Below are positions 63,564 to 64,000 of a DNA stretch of 64,000 bases, piece after piece. Location: NCBI RefSeq assembly GCF_000143415.4, contig NW_003314301.1:166097-230096 (forward strand). Direction: 5' to 3'. The notes under the pieces are model-generated. The model saw only the letters and a list, made by a program, of their open reading frames with translations, was not told the origin of the DNA and ran no database searches. Within the stretch, counting starts at the first letter, position 1. The number at the start of each line of letters is the position of its first letter. This DNA is from Selaginella moellendorffii (lineage: Eukaryota; Plantae; Lycopodiophyta). Both the position numbers and the translations under genes were made by a program.

Positions 63564-64000
63564 TCCTTCTTTCCTTTCTAGCTCTGCCAAAGGAGAGAGA
63601 TCTTCGATCGATCGATCGATCTATCTATGGATCTATGGAATCGATAAGAAGCAAACTAAGAATCAAGGTCTCTCTTTTCTCTTGGGATTTTTTAGTGGTT
63701 TGTGCAAACGGTGATGGAATTAATGAGCCAGGGTCGGTTGGTCACGTTTTCGACCGAAAGCGTACCCGGAATCTCGAGAGAATCTCTCGTTCATTTATGA
63801 TGGGAGAAAGATAGATCCGTCCTTCCTAACAATCCAAGGAAAATTCAAGCTTTGATCGATCATTTTATATATACTGTTTGAGATGGGTGTCGTGAATCCC
63901 ACGAAAGATAATCTCTATACGATGATCCTGTACAGCTCAAGCGAGAATTTTCTTTTCTTTTTTCTCTCTTTTCACTTCGTTTATGTGCCTATAGGTGATC

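Overview
Eukaryotic plant nuclear DNA, most likely a lycophyte (Selaginella-like). This is inferred from ~40-90 bp introns, genes packed ~100 bp apart, PLS-class PPR genes and a Tat-type retroelement. Positions 1-45,400 are a nest of mobile elements. There are three copies of a non-coding LTR family 'A' (one young and intact at 28554-35803 with a 5-bp TSD), four LTR copies of a tandem-repeat-bearing family 'B', decayed Copia and Gypsy pieces, a chromovirus-like Gypsy pol, and a Tat-like Gypsy with an extra RNase H whose 3' half lies inverted. The stand-out is a 9,746-bp DNA transposon (15972-25717; perfect 24-bp TIRs, 4-bp ACTA TSD) inserted into a Gypsy pol. It carries a Sola-like DDD transposase and a divergently transcribed multi-exon gene with a ParB/Sulfiredoxin-like domain plus a degenerate amino-methyltransferase-like C-terminus. 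About 20 copies of a 20-bp palindrome (TGGCATGAGGCCTCATGCCA) sit in its introns, intergenic and subterminal DNA. Together these suggest a 'ParB/parS-like' self-recognition system in a plant transposon (inference). Positions 45,400-64,000 are gene-rich: RGG RNA-binding protein, germin-like protein, coiled-coil protein, PPR, an AT-rich intronless B-lectin ORF, subtilase and PPR relics, SRPK kinase and a catechol-O-methyltransferase. All domain calls are by eye from motifs, not from database searches.
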